Assembly: GCA_963746845.1 (NCBI GenBank)
Contig: CAVVCZ010000004.1
Coordinates: 1,248,001-1,312,000 of the forward strand
DNA: 64,000 nt
Direction: 5' to 3'
Origin: an uncultured Chloroflexia bacterium
GTDB taxonomy: Bacteria; Chloroflexota; Limnocylindria; Limnocylindrales; CSP1-4
A program made the translations under genes and the position numbers. Position 1 is the first letter of the stretch. Each line of letters opens with the position of its first letter. This document shows, piece after piece, positions 54,176 through 64,000 of this stretch. Below the pieces are notes generated by a model, which was not told the origin of the DNA, searched no databases, and saw only the letters and a list, made by a program, of their open reading frames with translations.

Positions 54176-55270
54176 TCAAGGGATAGAGTCGGATCCCGGC
54201 GGCTCGTCGTGCGGTTCGGTGATCAGGGGCGCATCCGGATCGTGCATTGGCGGGCCCAGCTCGAGCACCCCCTCGTTCGACTCGGGTGCGTCGTCATGGG
54301 GCTCGACCACGGCCGTTGTGGGGCTGGAGGGCCGCTCCGACACGCCGGTCGCGGCGGCCGTTCGGTCGCGCAACGCGTCGACGTCCCGGCCGACGATCTC
54401 CTCGGCGTCGCCGCGGACGAGGAGGAGGATCGGCTCGCTCCGCCCGGACAGGAGGTCGAGCACGGCCGGCGCCAGCTCCGGCGCCGAGCGCAGGGCGAGG
54501 ATCAGGCCGGTCGCGGCCTCCGCGGTCTGACCATCGTCGAGGGCCGCCCGGGCGCGATGGAAGAGCTCGACCGGCTCGACCTCGGCGGCGTCGGCCGCCA
54601 GTGCCGCACCCGGCTCGTGGTCCCACAGGCCGGGCCCCGCCTCGAACGCCGCCGGCAGGGCGGGGTCGATCGGCGCGTACGGCGTGGCATTGCCGTTCGC
54701 CAGCGCCTGGTCCGAGGTCCGGCGTGCGAAGTCGGGCGACGGGGTGATCGGGCTCGGGTGGAGGTGGTCGAACAGGACACCGACCGGGCCGACCGTCGTG
54801 CCCGGATCGGACGGCCAGATCGAGCTCCGGCGCATCCCCGCGAAGACCGGATCGAGGGACCCGTCGGCGCGCTCCATCGCCCGGCCGGCGAGCCGCCGGG
54901 CCTCGCCCGGCCGGCCGAGGTCGGCCTGCGCCTCCGCCGCCACGACGAGGGCGAGGACGTCGTCCGGGTTGCCCTCGAGGAACGCGGCGGCGGCCTCGCC
55001 GGCACCGGTCGTATCGCCGGTCCGCCAGCGGGCCTCCGCGAGATCGCGGATCCCGTCGTCGTCGAGCTCGTCGCGGCCGGCCAGCGTCTCCAGCTCCGCG
55101 CGCGCGAGGCCGAGCAGCCCCAGACGCAGGTGCGCGCGGGCCAGGATCAGGTTGGCGTCGCGGGCGCTGATCCCGTGGTGGACCGTGGCTTCCCGAGCGG
55201 CGTCGTTGCCGGCCTGCGCCTCGCCGCCCTCGGTCGACCCGTTCGTGGGCGCTTCCGCGATCGGCGCCAT
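54176..55270 (-). CDS. Hypothetical protein with TPR-like helical repeats
   Basis: LARAHLRLG....A..ELE, LAEARW..GD...A patterns; GAGGAG SD. Confidence 0.7.
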   Translation of the reverse strand: MAPIAEAPTNGSTEGGEAQAGNDAAREATVHHGISARDANLILARAHLRLGLLGLARAELETLAGRDELDDDGIRDLAEARWRTGDTTGAGEAAAAFLEGNPDDVLALVVAAEAQADLGRPGEARRLAGRAMERADGSLDPVFAGMRRSSIWPSDPGTTVGPVGVLFDHLHPSPITPSPDFARRTSDQALANGNATPYAPIDPALPAAFEAGPGLWDHEPGAALAADAAEVEPVELFHRARAALDDGQTAEAATGLILALRSAPELAPAVLDLLSGRSEPILLLVRGDAEEIVGRDVDALRDRTAAATGVSERPSSPTTAVVEPHDDAPESNEGVLELGPPMHDPDAPLITEPHDEPPGSDSIP

Positions 55271-55290
55271 GGTCGGCTCCTCTGACGGTG

Positions 55291-56562
55291 TCACGCGGGC
55301 AGCCTCAGGCGCCGCTCGAGGCCGCGCAGGTGACGCGCCGGCGCGACGACCGCGAGCCGCAGCCCCTCGTCGACGAGCAGCTCGCCGGCCAGCCGCTGGA
55401 CGTCCGCTGCCTGGACACCGGCCACCGCCTCCAACGCCTCGTCGAGTGTCAGGACCCGATCGTGCAGGGCCTCCTGGCCGCCGACCCACGACGCGAGATG
55501 GCGCGTCTCCTCCATCCGCAGCTCGAGACCGCCGGACAGGTAGGCCTTGGTCTTGGCCAGCTCCTCGTCCGGGACCGGCTCGTCGCGGAAACGGGCCAGC
55601 TCGGCGAGCATCGCGGCCAGCGCGGCGGGCAGGCGTTCGGGATCCACGCCGGCCGAGATCTCGAGCGAGCCGGCATCTGCATAGTCGACGAGCCCGGACG
55701 ACACGTCGTAGGCGAGCCCCTGGGCCTCGCGGACCGACAGGAACAGCCGGCTCGACATCCCGTCGCCGAGCACGGCGTTGAGGACGGCGAGGATCCACGC
55801 GTCCGGGTGGTCGCGGCGGAGGGCCGGGACGCCGACGATCAGCTGGGCCTGGCTTGCGTCCCGTCGCGAGCGCAGGATCGCCCGCTCGCCGGCCGGCAGG
55901 GCCGGCGCAGGTGCGAAACCGGGCACGACGCCGTTGCCGGTCCCGAATGCGGTGCCCGCCAGGTCGACCGCCTCGTCGTGGAGCAGGTCGCCGGCGATCG
56001 CCACGACCGTGTTCGCCGGGCGGTACATCGTCCGCCAGAACGAACGGATCGTCGCGGCCGGGAGGGCCCGGATTCCCTCCTCGTCGCCGCAGATCTCGCG
56101 ACCCAGCGCCCCATCCCCGAACATCGCCTGCTGGAACAGGATCTGGGCATGCTCGGCGGGGTCGTCCAGGTACGAGCGGATCTCCTCCACGATGACGGCC
56201 CGCTCGCCGTCGATCTCGGCTTCGTCGAGGTTCGGCCGGACGATCAGCTCGCCGAGGACGTCCATCGCCCGGCGCGCCTCGCGCCGCGGGACGCGGACCC
56301 AGTAGACCGTGGACTCCCGATCCGTGGCCGCGTTGAACGACCCGCCGACGCCCTCGATCGCCTCGGAGATCGCGCGCGTCGAGGGGAACCGCTGGGTCCC
56401 CTTGAACGTGATGTGCTCCATGAAATGGGCGACCCCGGTCTCCTCGGGCGTCTCGAGGCGCGAACCCGCCAGGACGTACGCCGCGATGGAGACCGAACGG
56501 GCGCCCGGGAGCCTGGCGCTGATCACGCGCGGCCCGCTCGGCAGCGCGGTTCGTTCGAACAT
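55291..56562 (-). CDS. M16 family (pitrilysin-like) zinc metallopeptidase
   Basis: GSR.E, AHFMEH..FKGT, NA.T, GGMSSRLF-like motif. Confidence 0.93.
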   Translation of the reverse strand: MFERTALPSGPRVISARLPGARSVSIAAYVLAGSRLETPEETGVAHFMEHITFKGTQRFPSTRAISEAIEGVGGSFNAATDRESTVYWVRVPRREARRAMDVLGELIVRPNLDEAEIDGERAVIVEEIRSYLDDPAEHAQILFQQAMFGDGALGREICGDEEGIRALPAATIRSFWRTMYRPANTVVAIAGDLLHDEAVDLAGTAFGTGNGVVPGFAPAPALPAGERAILRSRRDASQAQLIVGVPALRRDHPDAWILAVLNAVLGDGMSSRLFLSVREAQGLAYDVSSGLVDYADAGSLEISAGVDPERLPAALAAMLAELARFRDEPVPDEELAKTKAYLSGGLELRMEETRHLASWVGGQEALHDRVLTLDEALEAVAGVQAADVQRLAGELLVDEGLRLAVVAPARHLRGLERRLRLPA

Positions 56563-56805
56563 CGCGGCCGATGGTACAGGACGACCCCCGGACTCCAGAC
56601 GGTGGCCGCTCACGGTTTGGCGTCGCAACCGATTCGCCACCGCGAATCGAGCGGGAACGGTCACCCGCCGGCCGGTGCGGGGGCTATCCTTCCGTCCTGA
56701 CCGAGCGGAACCGGGACCCGCCAGGTCGCCCCGAGCACGCGCGTGCCCGTCATGGCCGCGCGGTCCGATCGAGCGCGATTCCATGCGGTGAGGAGGAGGG
56801 TCCTG

Positions 56806-58080
56806 ATGGTCAGCACACGGCTGCGGCTCGCGAGCCTGGTCGCGGCGGCGGCGATCGCCGTCGGCGCGTGCGGCTCGTCGACGCCAGCTGCAAGCGGCAG
56901 CGCCGCCGCCGGCGGCGGTGGCAACGACTGTACGGCGGGCTCCGCCCAGGGTGGCGCGAACCTCCAGATCCCCGACGTCGTCGCGGGCAAGTTCAACGTC
57001 GCGATGGTCCTGATCGGACCGCATGACGACGGCGGCTGGAGCCAGGCCCACTACGAGGGTCTGCAGTACCTCTGCCAGAACCTCGCCGGCTCGCACGTCG
57101 CGTACATCGAGCTCGTGCCCGAGGGCGCGGACTCCGAGCAGGTCTTCCGCAGCCTCGCCCGGAAGGGCTTCAACTTCATCATCGGGACGTCGTTCGGCTA
57201 CATGGACCCGATGAACACGGTCGCGACCGAGTTCCCGGACGCGACGTTCCTCCACCTCACGGGCTACAAGTCGAACGGCAAGAACTTCGGCAACTTCTTC
57301 GGCGCGGTCGAGGATTTCAAGTACCTCGCCGGGATGCTTGCCGGGTCGCGGGCGAAGAAGGACGGCGTCCCGAAGGTCGGGTACATGGCGACGTTCCCCA
57401 TCCCCGAGGAGATCCGGCTGGGCAACGCGATCGCCCGCGGCGTGGCGGTCACCTGTCCCGAATGCAAGATCGACGTCCGCTTCATCAACACCTGGCACGA
57501 TCCGCAGAAGGAGCGTGACGGGGCCGCGTCGCTGTTCGACGCCGGCGCCGACGTCGTCTTCACGGGGGCGGACACGCCGGCCGTCGCCGACGTGGCCAAG
57601 GAGAAGGGCAAGTGGGCGGTCACCTACGACCACCCGTCGTCGTGCGCGGGCAAGGACGCCTGCCTCACCGCCCCGTACTGGATCTGGGGACCCGAATACA
57701 CCCGGATCGGCCAGCAGGTGAAGGACAAGAAGTACACCGCCGGCTACGAGTACTTCGACGCCGACTCCAAGGCGATGGGCCTGTACGGCTTCATGGACGG
57801 GCAGACGCCCCAGAAGGGCATCACGGATCTCCCCCAGGCCGACGTCGACAAGGTCAAGTCCACCCTCGCCACGATGCTCGGCAGCAGCACCGGCCGCTTC
57901 GACATCGTCTTCGCCGGGCCGATCAAGGACAACACCGGCAAGGAGCTCCTGCCCTCGGGGCAGAAGCTCAAGCAGCCGGACCTCGACCAGTTCCCGCCCG
58001 GAGCGCCCGGGTCGGAGTGCTCGGTCTGCATGTACTGGTGGAACGAGAACATCACCGCTCCGCTCCCGCCGAAGTCCTAG
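56806..58080 (+). CDS. BMP family ABC transporter substrate-binding lipoprotein (purine/nucleoside type)
   Basis: Lipobox VGAC, D.GWSQAH..G, GTSFGY, W.DP..E; GGAGGAGG SD. Confidence 0.9.
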   Translation: MVSTRLRLASLVAAAAIAVGACGSSTPAASGSAAAGGGGNDCTAGSAQGGANLQIPDVVAGKFNVAMVLIGPHDDGGWSQAHYEGLQYLCQNLAGSHVAYIELVPEGADSEQVFRSLARKGFNFIIGTSFGYMDPMNTVATEFPDATFLHLTGYKSNGKNFGNFFGAVEDFKYLAGMLAGSRAKKDGVPKVGYMATFPIPEEIRLGNAIARGVAVTCPECKIDVRFINTWHDPQKERDGAASLFDAGADVVFTGADTPAVADVAKEKGKWAVTYDHPSSCAGKDACLTAPYWIWGPEYTRIGQQVKDKKYTAGYEYFDADSKAMGLYGFMDGQTPQKGITDLPQADVDKVKSTLATMLGSSTGRFDIVFAGPIKDNTGKELLPSGQKLKQPDLDQFPPGAPGSECSVCMYWWNENITAPLPPKS

Positions 58081-58141
58081 GCACCAGGTCGACGGCCCGC
58101 GGGCACCCGCCCGCGGGCCGCGCCATTTCGAGACGCGATCG

Positions 58142-59749
58142 ATGACCCCATCCGGCACCGCCCCATCGGGCGCCGAGCCGCTCGCGATCGAGGCCCGCGG
58201 GATCGTCAAGCGATTCCCCGGGGTCCTCGCCAACGACGCGGTCGACTTCGATCTGCGCCGCGGCGAGGTCCATGCCCTGCTCGGCGAGAACGGCGCGGGC
58301 AAGAGCACCCTGATGAACATCCTCGCCGGCCTCTACCGCCCGGACTCCGGGGAGATCCGGGTCGAGGGCGCGGCCGTGGACTTCGGGTCACCGCGAGACG
58401 CGATCGCGGCCGGGCTCGGGATGGTCCACCAGCACTTCACGCTCGTCCCGTCGCAGACGGTCACCGAGAACATCCTGCTCGGGCTCGACCGGCCGCGCTT
58501 CCTCCTCCACGAGCGAACCTCCGAGGCCGAGATCGGCCAGCTCGCCGAGCGGTTCGGCATGCGCGTCCATCCCGGCGCCCGGATCTGGCAGCTCTCGGTC
58601 GGCGAGCAGCAGCGGGTCGAGATCCTGAAGATGCTCTATCGCGGCGCCCGGATCCTGATCATGGACGAGCCGACGGCCGTGCTTGCCCCGCAGGAGGCGG
58701 ACGAGCTGTTCGCGACGCTCCGATCGATGACCGCCGACGGCCGGAGCGTGGTCTTCATCAGCCACAAGCTCGGCGAGGTGGTCTCGATCGCGGACCGGAT
58801 CACGGTCATGCGTCGGGGCAAGGTCACGGCCGCGGGCGTCCCGGCCGCCGGCGCGACGAAGGCCGACCTCGCCCGTCTGATGGTCGGCCGGAGCGTCCTC
58901 GAGACCCTCGATCGGACGCCGTTCGCGCCCGGGCCGGTCGTCCTCGCGGTCCAGGGTGTGTCGGCCGAGAACGACCGGGGCCTGCCGGCGCTGCGCGACG
59001 TCTCGCTCGACGTCCGGGCGGGCGAGATCGTCGGCATCGCGGCGGTCGCCGGCAACGGCCAGAGCGAGCTCGCCGAGGTCGTGACCGGTCTGCGTCCGTG
59101 CCAGGGCGAGGTCCTGGTCGGCGGCCGGTCCGTGGCGAACCAGTCGGCCGGCACGGCCATGAAACGGGGTGTCGCGCACGTGCCGGAGGACCGGGCGTCG
59201 GTCGGGAGCGCGCCGAACCTGTCGCTCACCGACAACCTGATCATGAAGCGCTACCGCGACGCGCCGGTGGCCCGGGGTCTGCTCGTCGATGACGACACCG
59301 CCCGCTCGATCGCGACCGACCTCCGGGACGCGTACAAGATCGCGTCGCCCACGATCGACACCCAGGTCCGGCTCCTGTCCGGTGGGAACCTCCAGCGGGC
59401 GATCCTCGCCCGCGAGATCGAGACGAAGCCGGAGATGCTCGTCGCGGTCCAGCCGACGCGCGGCCTCGACGTCGGCGCGATCGAGACGGTCCACCGGCTG
59501 TTGCTCGACCTTCGCTCGAAGGGCGCGGCGATCCTCCTGATCTCCGAGGAGCTCGACGAGATCCTCGCGCTCGCCGACCGGGTCGATGTGATGTACGAGG
59601 GCCGCATCGTCGGCTCGTTCCCGAGCGACGAGGCCGAGATCGGCCGGATCGGGCTGCTGATGACGGGCGGCGACGACGACGACGAGGACGGAGCGGGCGG
59701 AAGCGGGCTGCACGAGGGAGCGGCGGGCGACGCCATGGATCTCGCATGA
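58142..59749 (+). CDS. ABC transporter ATP-binding protein with two NBDs (CUT2/nucleoside type)
   Basis: GENGAGKST, LSVGEQQRVEI, LSGGN.Q, QPTRGLDVGA. Confidence 0.95.
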   Translation: MTPSGTAPSGAEPLAIEARGIVKRFPGVLANDAVDFDLRRGEVHALLGENGAGKSTLMNILAGLYRPDSGEIRVEGAAVDFGSPRDAIAAGLGMVHQHFTLVPSQTVTENILLGLDRPRFLLHERTSEAEIGQLAERFGMRVHPGARIWQLSVGEQQRVEILKMLYRGARILIMDEPTAVLAPQEADELFATLRSMTADGRSVVFISHKLGEVVSIADRITVMRRGKVTAAGVPAAGATKADLARLMVGRSVLETLDRTPFAPGPVVLAVQGVSAENDRGLPALRDVSLDVRAGEIVGIAAVAGNGQSELAEVVTGLRPCQGEVLVGGRSVANQSAGTAMKRGVAHVPEDRASVGSAPNLSLTDNLIMKRYRDAPVARGLLVDDDTARSIATDLRDAYKIASPTIDTQVRLLSGGNLQRAILAREIETKPEMLVAVQPTRGLDVGAIETVHRLLLDLRSKGAAILLISEELDEILALADRVDVMYEGRIVGSFPSDEAEIGRIGLLMTGGDDDDEDGAGGSGLHEGAAGDAMDLA

Positions 59750-60903
59750 CGATCCGTCTCGAGCCCCGGACGACCGTCTCGCGCTGGCTGTCGCCCGCGC
59801 TGACCGTCGGGGCCGTGGCGGTCGCGCTCGTGATCTCGGGCGCGATCATCGCGATCGTCGGCGGCGACCCGATCGCCTCGTACGTTCACATCCTCAACGC
59901 GTCGTTCGGGAGCGTCGGCGTCCTGTCCGACACGCTCGTCAAGGCGACGCCGCTGATCCTGACCGGCCTCGCGTGCGCGCTCGCGTTCCGGATGCGGCTC
60001 TGGAACATCGGCGCCGAGGGCCAGTTCCTCCTCGGGGCGTGGGGCGCGAGCGCGGTCGTGCTGTTCCCGCTCGTGCCGGCCGGGACGCCGGGCATCGTCC
60101 TGATCCCGCTGATGATGCTGGCCGGGATGATCGCCGGCGGGCTGTGGGGCCTGATCCCGGGAATCCTCAAGGCGGCACTCGGCGTGAACGAGATCATCGT
60201 CACGCTGATGCTCAACTACATCGCCCTCTTCTGGATCCAGTTCTGGGTCTTCGGGGCGTGGAGCGAGTCCGGCTTCCAGCAGACGAAGCCGTTCCCGAAG
60301 GAGTCGTGGCTGCCGCGCCTCACGGACCTCGCGAGCCTCAACCCGGCCCTCGGCGGGCTGACCGTCCACCTCGGGTTCATCTTCGGGCTCGTCGCGGCCG
60401 GGATCATGTGGCTTTTCCTCGAGCGCTCCCGATACGGCTACGAGATCCGCCTGATCGGCGACAGCCCGCGGGCCGCGCGATATGCCGGCATCAACATCGG
60501 CAAGCGGATCATCGTGGTCTTCGCGATCTCGGGCGCGCTCGCCGGGCTGGCCGGGATGAGCGAGGTCAACGGCGCCGTTCATCGGTTGCAGGACCACATC
60601 TCGCCCGGCTACGGCTTCACCGCGATCATCGTCGCGTACCTCGCGAAGTTCCGGCCGGGTCGGGTGGTCGTCGCGTCGATCCTGTTCGGCGCCCTGATCC
60701 TGGCGGGCCGCGAGATCCAGCCGTCCGGCGTCCCGGCGATGATCCAGGGGATCATCCTGTTCACGCTGATCGTCGCGGACGTCCTCGTGCGCAACCGCAT
60801 CCGGATCGAACGTCGGGTCCCGACCTCAGCGGCGCCGGCCCCTCCCCTTCCGCCGGTCGCGACCGCCCCGCCCGGCCCGGCCGCCCCCGAGGCGAGCGTC
60901 TGA
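59746..60903 (+). CDS. ABC transporter permease (nucleoside type)
   Basis: NIGAEGQ, NEII.TLMLNY, GYGF.AI. Confidence 0.92.
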   Translation: MTIRLEPRTTVSRWLSPALTVGAVAVALVISGAIIAIVGGDPIASYVHILNASFGSVGVLSDTLVKATPLILTGLACALAFRMRLWNIGAEGQFLLGAWGASAVVLFPLVPAGTPGIVLIPLMMLAGMIAGGLWGLIPGILKAALGVNEIIVTLMLNYIALFWIQFWVFGAWSESGFQQTKPFPKESWLPRLTDLASLNPALGGLTVHLGFIFGLVAAGIMWLFLERSRYGYEIRLIGDSPRAARYAGINIGKRIIVVFAISGALAGLAGMSEVNGAVHRLQDHISPGYGFTAIIVAYLAKFRPGRVVVASILFGALILAGREIQPSGVPAMIQGIILFTLIVADVLVRNRIRIERRVPTSAAPAPPLPPVATAPPGPAAPEASV

Positions 60904-61868
60904 TGGACCTCGGGCTGATCGCGGCCGCGGGCGTCGCCACCGGCACGGTGCTCCTCTTCGCCGCGATCGGCGAGATCTTCGCGGAGCGGGCGGGCGTCCT
61001 GAACCTCGGCGTTGAGGGGATGATGCTGATGGGCGCGGTCGCGGGCTTCTCGACGACCCTGAGCACCGGCAATCCGTGGATCGGCGTGGTGGTCGCGATG
61101 GTCGTCGGCGGCTTGCTCGGCCTGCTCCACGCCATCGTCACGATCTCGCTCCGCGCCGACCAGGTCGTGTCGGGCCTCGCCCTCACGTTCCTGGGCACCG
61201 GGCTCGCGCGAGTCCTCGGCGAGGGGCTGACGAACCAGAACGTCGAGCGCCTGCCGTCGTTCTCGATCCCCGTCCTCTCGAGCATCCCGATCCTCGGCCC
61301 GATCCTGTTCCACGACCAGAGCGTCCTGGTCTACGTGGGCTTCTTGTTCGTCCCCCTCGCCTGGTTCTGGATCGAGAAGACCCGGCCCGGCCTGCACCTC
61401 CGGGCGGTCGGCGAGGCGCCGGCGGCGGCCGACGCCCAGGGCATCGGCGTGTACCGGCTGCGCTACGTCTACGTCGCGGTCGGCGGCATGCTGGCGGGTC
61501 TCGCCGGGGCGACGATCACCCTCGCGGTCTCACCTGGATGGTTCGGTGACCAGACCGTCAACGGCCGCGGCTGGATCGCGATCGGGCTCGTGATCTTCGC
61601 CCAGTGGAACCCGATCCGGGCCGCCCTCGGCGGCTACCTGTTCGCCGCCATCACCCCGTTCATCCTCGGGCTCCAGGGCGTCGACACGATCCTCGGCGTC
61701 CAGAACCCGTTCCTGCCCGGCCGATCGGCGACGTTCTTCCTCGAGATGCTGCCGTACCTGTTCGTGATCGCGGTCGTGATCCTCGGCGCGCGCGGCGCGG
61801 CCAAGCGGCGTCTCGGCGCGCCGGCCGCGCTCGGCATCCCGTACGTCCGGGGTGAGCGCGGGCACTGA
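60903..61868 (+). CDS. ABC transporter permease (nucleoside type)
   Basis: ERAGVLNLGVEG, LRAVGE, GRGWIA, P.ALG.PY. Confidence 0.92.
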   Translation: MDLGLIAAAGVATGTVLLFAAIGEIFAERAGVLNLGVEGMMLMGAVAGFSTTLSTGNPWIGVVVAMVVGGLLGLLHAIVTISLRADQVVSGLALTFLGTGLARVLGEGLTNQNVERLPSFSIPVLSSIPILGPILFHDQSVLVYVGFLFVPLAWFWIEKTRPGLHLRAVGEAPAAADAQGIGVYRLRYVYVAVGGMLAGLAGATITLAVSPGWFGDQTVNGRGWIAIGLVIFAQWNPIRAALGGYLFAAITPFILGLQGVDTILGVQNPFLPGRSATFFLEMLPYLFVIAVVILGARGAAKRRLGAPAALGIPYVRGERGH

Positions 61869-61877
61869 GCCGGAACG

Positions 61878-62018
61878 CTCAGATGACAGCCACGACGGCC
61901 TTGGGCGCGGGGGAGGCCGGTTCCTGGATCAGATGACAGCTGTGACGGCGATTGCGCCGAATCGGGCCGACGTCGCCGACCACCGGGCTGGATGAGGTGA
62001 GCGTGGCTGTCGTTTGAG
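61878..62018. repeat. Intergenic inverted/direct repeat element
   Basis: 17-nt arms at 61878-61894 and 62002-62018 pair fully with two G-U pairs; TCAGATGACAGC is repeated at 61879 and 61929. Confidence 0.7.
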
Positions 62019-62047
62019 ACAACCGGGGCGCGGGAACCGAACTGGGC

Positions 62048-62533
62048 TCAGCCCTCGGTGTCGGCCTCGGGCGGGGGGCCGGTCGCCGGCTCGGGCTCGC
62101 CACGGCGATCCGCATCCAGGCCCTGCAGCTCCATCTGGACGAAGCCGCTCGTGTCGAACGTGAGCTGCTCTGCGCCACGGAGCACCTCGCCGTCCTCGCC
62201 CGTCGTCAGCGGCGCGTACTCGATGACCACCCGCTCATCGCCCTGGACGAGGGAGTACACGAGGAGCTGATCCGGCCGGGTGTCGAACTCGAGGTGCTCG
62301 AACGAGTCGACGTTCAGGCTGATCGAGATCGGCGTGAAGTAGGTCGAGGTCTCCGGGTCGTCGACGACGATCCGCTCAACCCAGCCCGTCCCGTGCGCGA
62401 TCAGATCGCGGCCCCGGTGGTAGCGGTAGGAGACGGTCTGCTTCAGCAGGGGCCGGAGGAGGTTCTGCATGTCCGTCCGGCTGGAGACGACGCCCTGGTT
62501 GACGAAGAACTTCGCGGCCGGGGCGCTCGACAC
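62048..62533 (-). CDS. Hypothetical protein
   Basis: GTG with CAGGAG SD, strong GC3 bias, normal globular composition. Confidence 0.7.
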   Translation of the reverse strand: MSSAPAAKFFVNQGVVSSRTDMQNLLRPLLKQTVSYRYHRGRDLIAHGTGWVERIVVDDPETSTYFTPISISLNVDSFEHLEFDTRPDQLLVYSLVQGDERVVIEYAPLTTGEDGEVLRGAEQLTFDTSGFVQMELQGLDADRRGEPEPATGPPPEADTEG

Positions 62534-62686
62534 GGCGGTCTCCTGGGGAAGACGGACGGCGGTGGGCGGGTCGATGGTAGCGCAGTCGGGGTCGGCGGAC
62601 GGGGCCGTCCCGGCTCGGCGTGGACCCACTTGAACAGGATCGGCCGGGTCGGGACGATCCCCGACCCGGCCGTCATCACCGAGGCT

Positions 62687-63022
62687 TCACGAGGCGCCGT
62701 TCGTCTCCGCCTCCGCTTCTGCGGCCAGCGCCGCAAACCCGAGGGCTTTCGCGATCTTGCCCGTGGCGGACACGATCCGGGCGGTGCCGACGATCGGGGC
62801 GACCGCGGCGAGGACGTCGCGGGCGTCGTCGGCGGTGAGGCCGGCCTCGGCCGCCACACCGAGGTTGAGCAGATACGACGCCGGCGGGGCATCGACCGCG
62901 ACGAGTGCGGCGAGGCGGACCAGCATCAGCTCATCCGCCTCGAGGTGCGAGGTCTGGATCGACGCCTCGGTCATCGTCGCGAGCAGGTCGAGGACGGGCG
63001 TGTCCGTGGTGGTGTGGGTCAT
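62687..63022 (-). CDS. Small carboxymuconolactone decarboxylase-like (CMD-fold) protein
   Basis: LVRLAALVA.DAP..SY, VL.AVAP.VG..R; GGAGG SD. Confidence 0.75.
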   Translation of the reverse strand: MTHTTTDTPVLDLLATMTEASIQTSHLEADELMLVRLAALVAVDAPPASYLLNLGVAAEAGLTADDARDVLAAVAPIVGTARIVSATGKIAKALGFAALAAEAEAETNGAS

Positions 63023-63168
63023 GGTCGATCGCCTCCGGCTTCACGTGGGTTCCTGAGCGGGACATGACTGGTCAGGTCGTCCCCGCGACAGCGTCGGTCG
63101 GCCGGTCCCCGGGTTCAATGGCGCCCACCCCACGACGACCGCCCGGTGGCGCACTCTATGATCCGGCC

Positions 63169-63984
63169 ATGCTCCTGGCGGTCGACATCGGGAACACGAA
63201 CGTCACGACCGGGCTGTTCCGGAACGGCGCGCTCGTCGCAACGCGGCGCGCCGATACGAACCCCCGCGCCTCGACCGACGAGACCGAGCATCTCCTCGAC
63301 GCCCTGCTCGGTCTCGACGACGCGTCGTTCGCGGACGTCTCGGGGATCGTCGCGTGCTCCGTCGTGCCGGCCCTGACCGCGGCCCTCGAGGCGATCGCGG
63401 CCCGTCACGAGCGGCCCCTCCTGGTCGCGTCGTCCGGGAACGTCCCGATCGCCGTCCGGACGGATCGACCGGCGGAGGTCGGTGCGGATCGGCTGGTGAA
63501 CGCCCTGGCAGCGGCGCGGCTCCACGGGACCCCTGCGATCGTCGCCGACTTCGGAACCGCGACGACGTTCGACTGCGTGGCCGCGGACGGGGCATTCGTC
63601 GGCGGCGCGATCGCCCCGGGGCTGGAGCTGGGGCTCGAGGCGCTCGCGGCGCGGACGGCGAAGCTGCCACGGGTCGACCTGCGAGCGCCGGACCGGGCGA
63701 TCGGGCGTGACACGGCCGGGGCGATCCAGAGTGGGACGGTGCTCGGGCACCAGGCCATGGCGAACGGGCTGATCGCGCGGATGCGGGCCGAGCTCGCGGA
63801 GACGTCCGGCACGGCGGCTCGTGACGTCCGGGTGATCCTGACCGGTGGCCTCTCCGCCGCGCCCTGGGCGCGCGGCCTCGAGGGCGTCGACGCGATCGAT
63901 CCCGACTTGACCCTCAAGGGGCTCGCGATCCTCCACGCGGAGGTCGGCGGCGGCCAGCCGCTCGAGCTGGGGCTGCCGGGATGA
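63169..63984 (+). CDS. coaX: Type III pantothenate kinase
   Basis: LAVDIGNT, GADR, DFGTATT, GG.I.PG, TGG, LTL.GL. Confidence 0.95.
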   Translation: MLLAVDIGNTNVTTGLFRNGALVATRRADTNPRASTDETEHLLDALLGLDDASFADVSGIVACSVVPALTAALEAIAARHERPLLVASSGNVPIAVRTDRPAEVGADRLVNALAAARLHGTPAIVADFGTATTFDCVAADGAFVGGAIAPGLELGLEALAARTAKLPRVDLRAPDRAIGRDTAGAIQSGTVLGHQAMANGLIARMRAELAETSGTAARDVRVILTGGLSAAPWARGLEGVDAIDPDLTLKGLAILHAEVGGGQPLELGLPG

Positions 63985-64000
63985 CCGCGGACGACGCGGC

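Noticed and set aside
56580-56805. Possible purine or other riboswitch upstream of the BMP ABC transporter
   Set aside because: Hairpins are present, but I recognise no aptamer consensus or terminator; an Rfam scan would be needed
63981-64000. Start of the next gene overlapping the coaX stop
   Set aside because: Only 20 nt are visible; it cannot be identified

Overview
High-GC bacterial core-genome window, most likely Chloroflexota (16S has a shortened helix around E. coli 1120-1150 and near matches to Chloroflexi probe sites; this is inferred, not database-checked). It holds a complete minus-strand rRNA operon (16S-tRNA-Ile-tRNA-Ala-23S-5S), the tadA-SRP RNA-dnaX-ybaB-recR cluster, all four tRNA-Ser genes, a shikimate (aro) operon facing a trp operon, greA-class I lysS-serS, a membrane pyrophosphatase, ndk, an M16 peptidase, a BMP-type ABC transporter and coaX. 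No CRISPR array, transposase or prophage is visible. The strongest novel signal is a coupled pair. The syntenic TadA has Val in place of the catalytic Glu (HAV, as in the pseudo-catalytic eukaryotic Tad3/ADAT3), and the neighbouring tRNA-Arg, normally the A34 substrate, carries a GCG anticodon. Together they suggest inosine-free arginine decoding with a retained TadA pseudoenzyme. Other notable items: a Phe/Tyr leader-peptide attenuator before aroF, a TrpC-TrpF-TrpB triple fusion, a FIST sensor coupled to a class III cyclase, an ~83-nt insertion in 23S rRNA, a terminator in the greA leader, and several intergenic long-stem elements.
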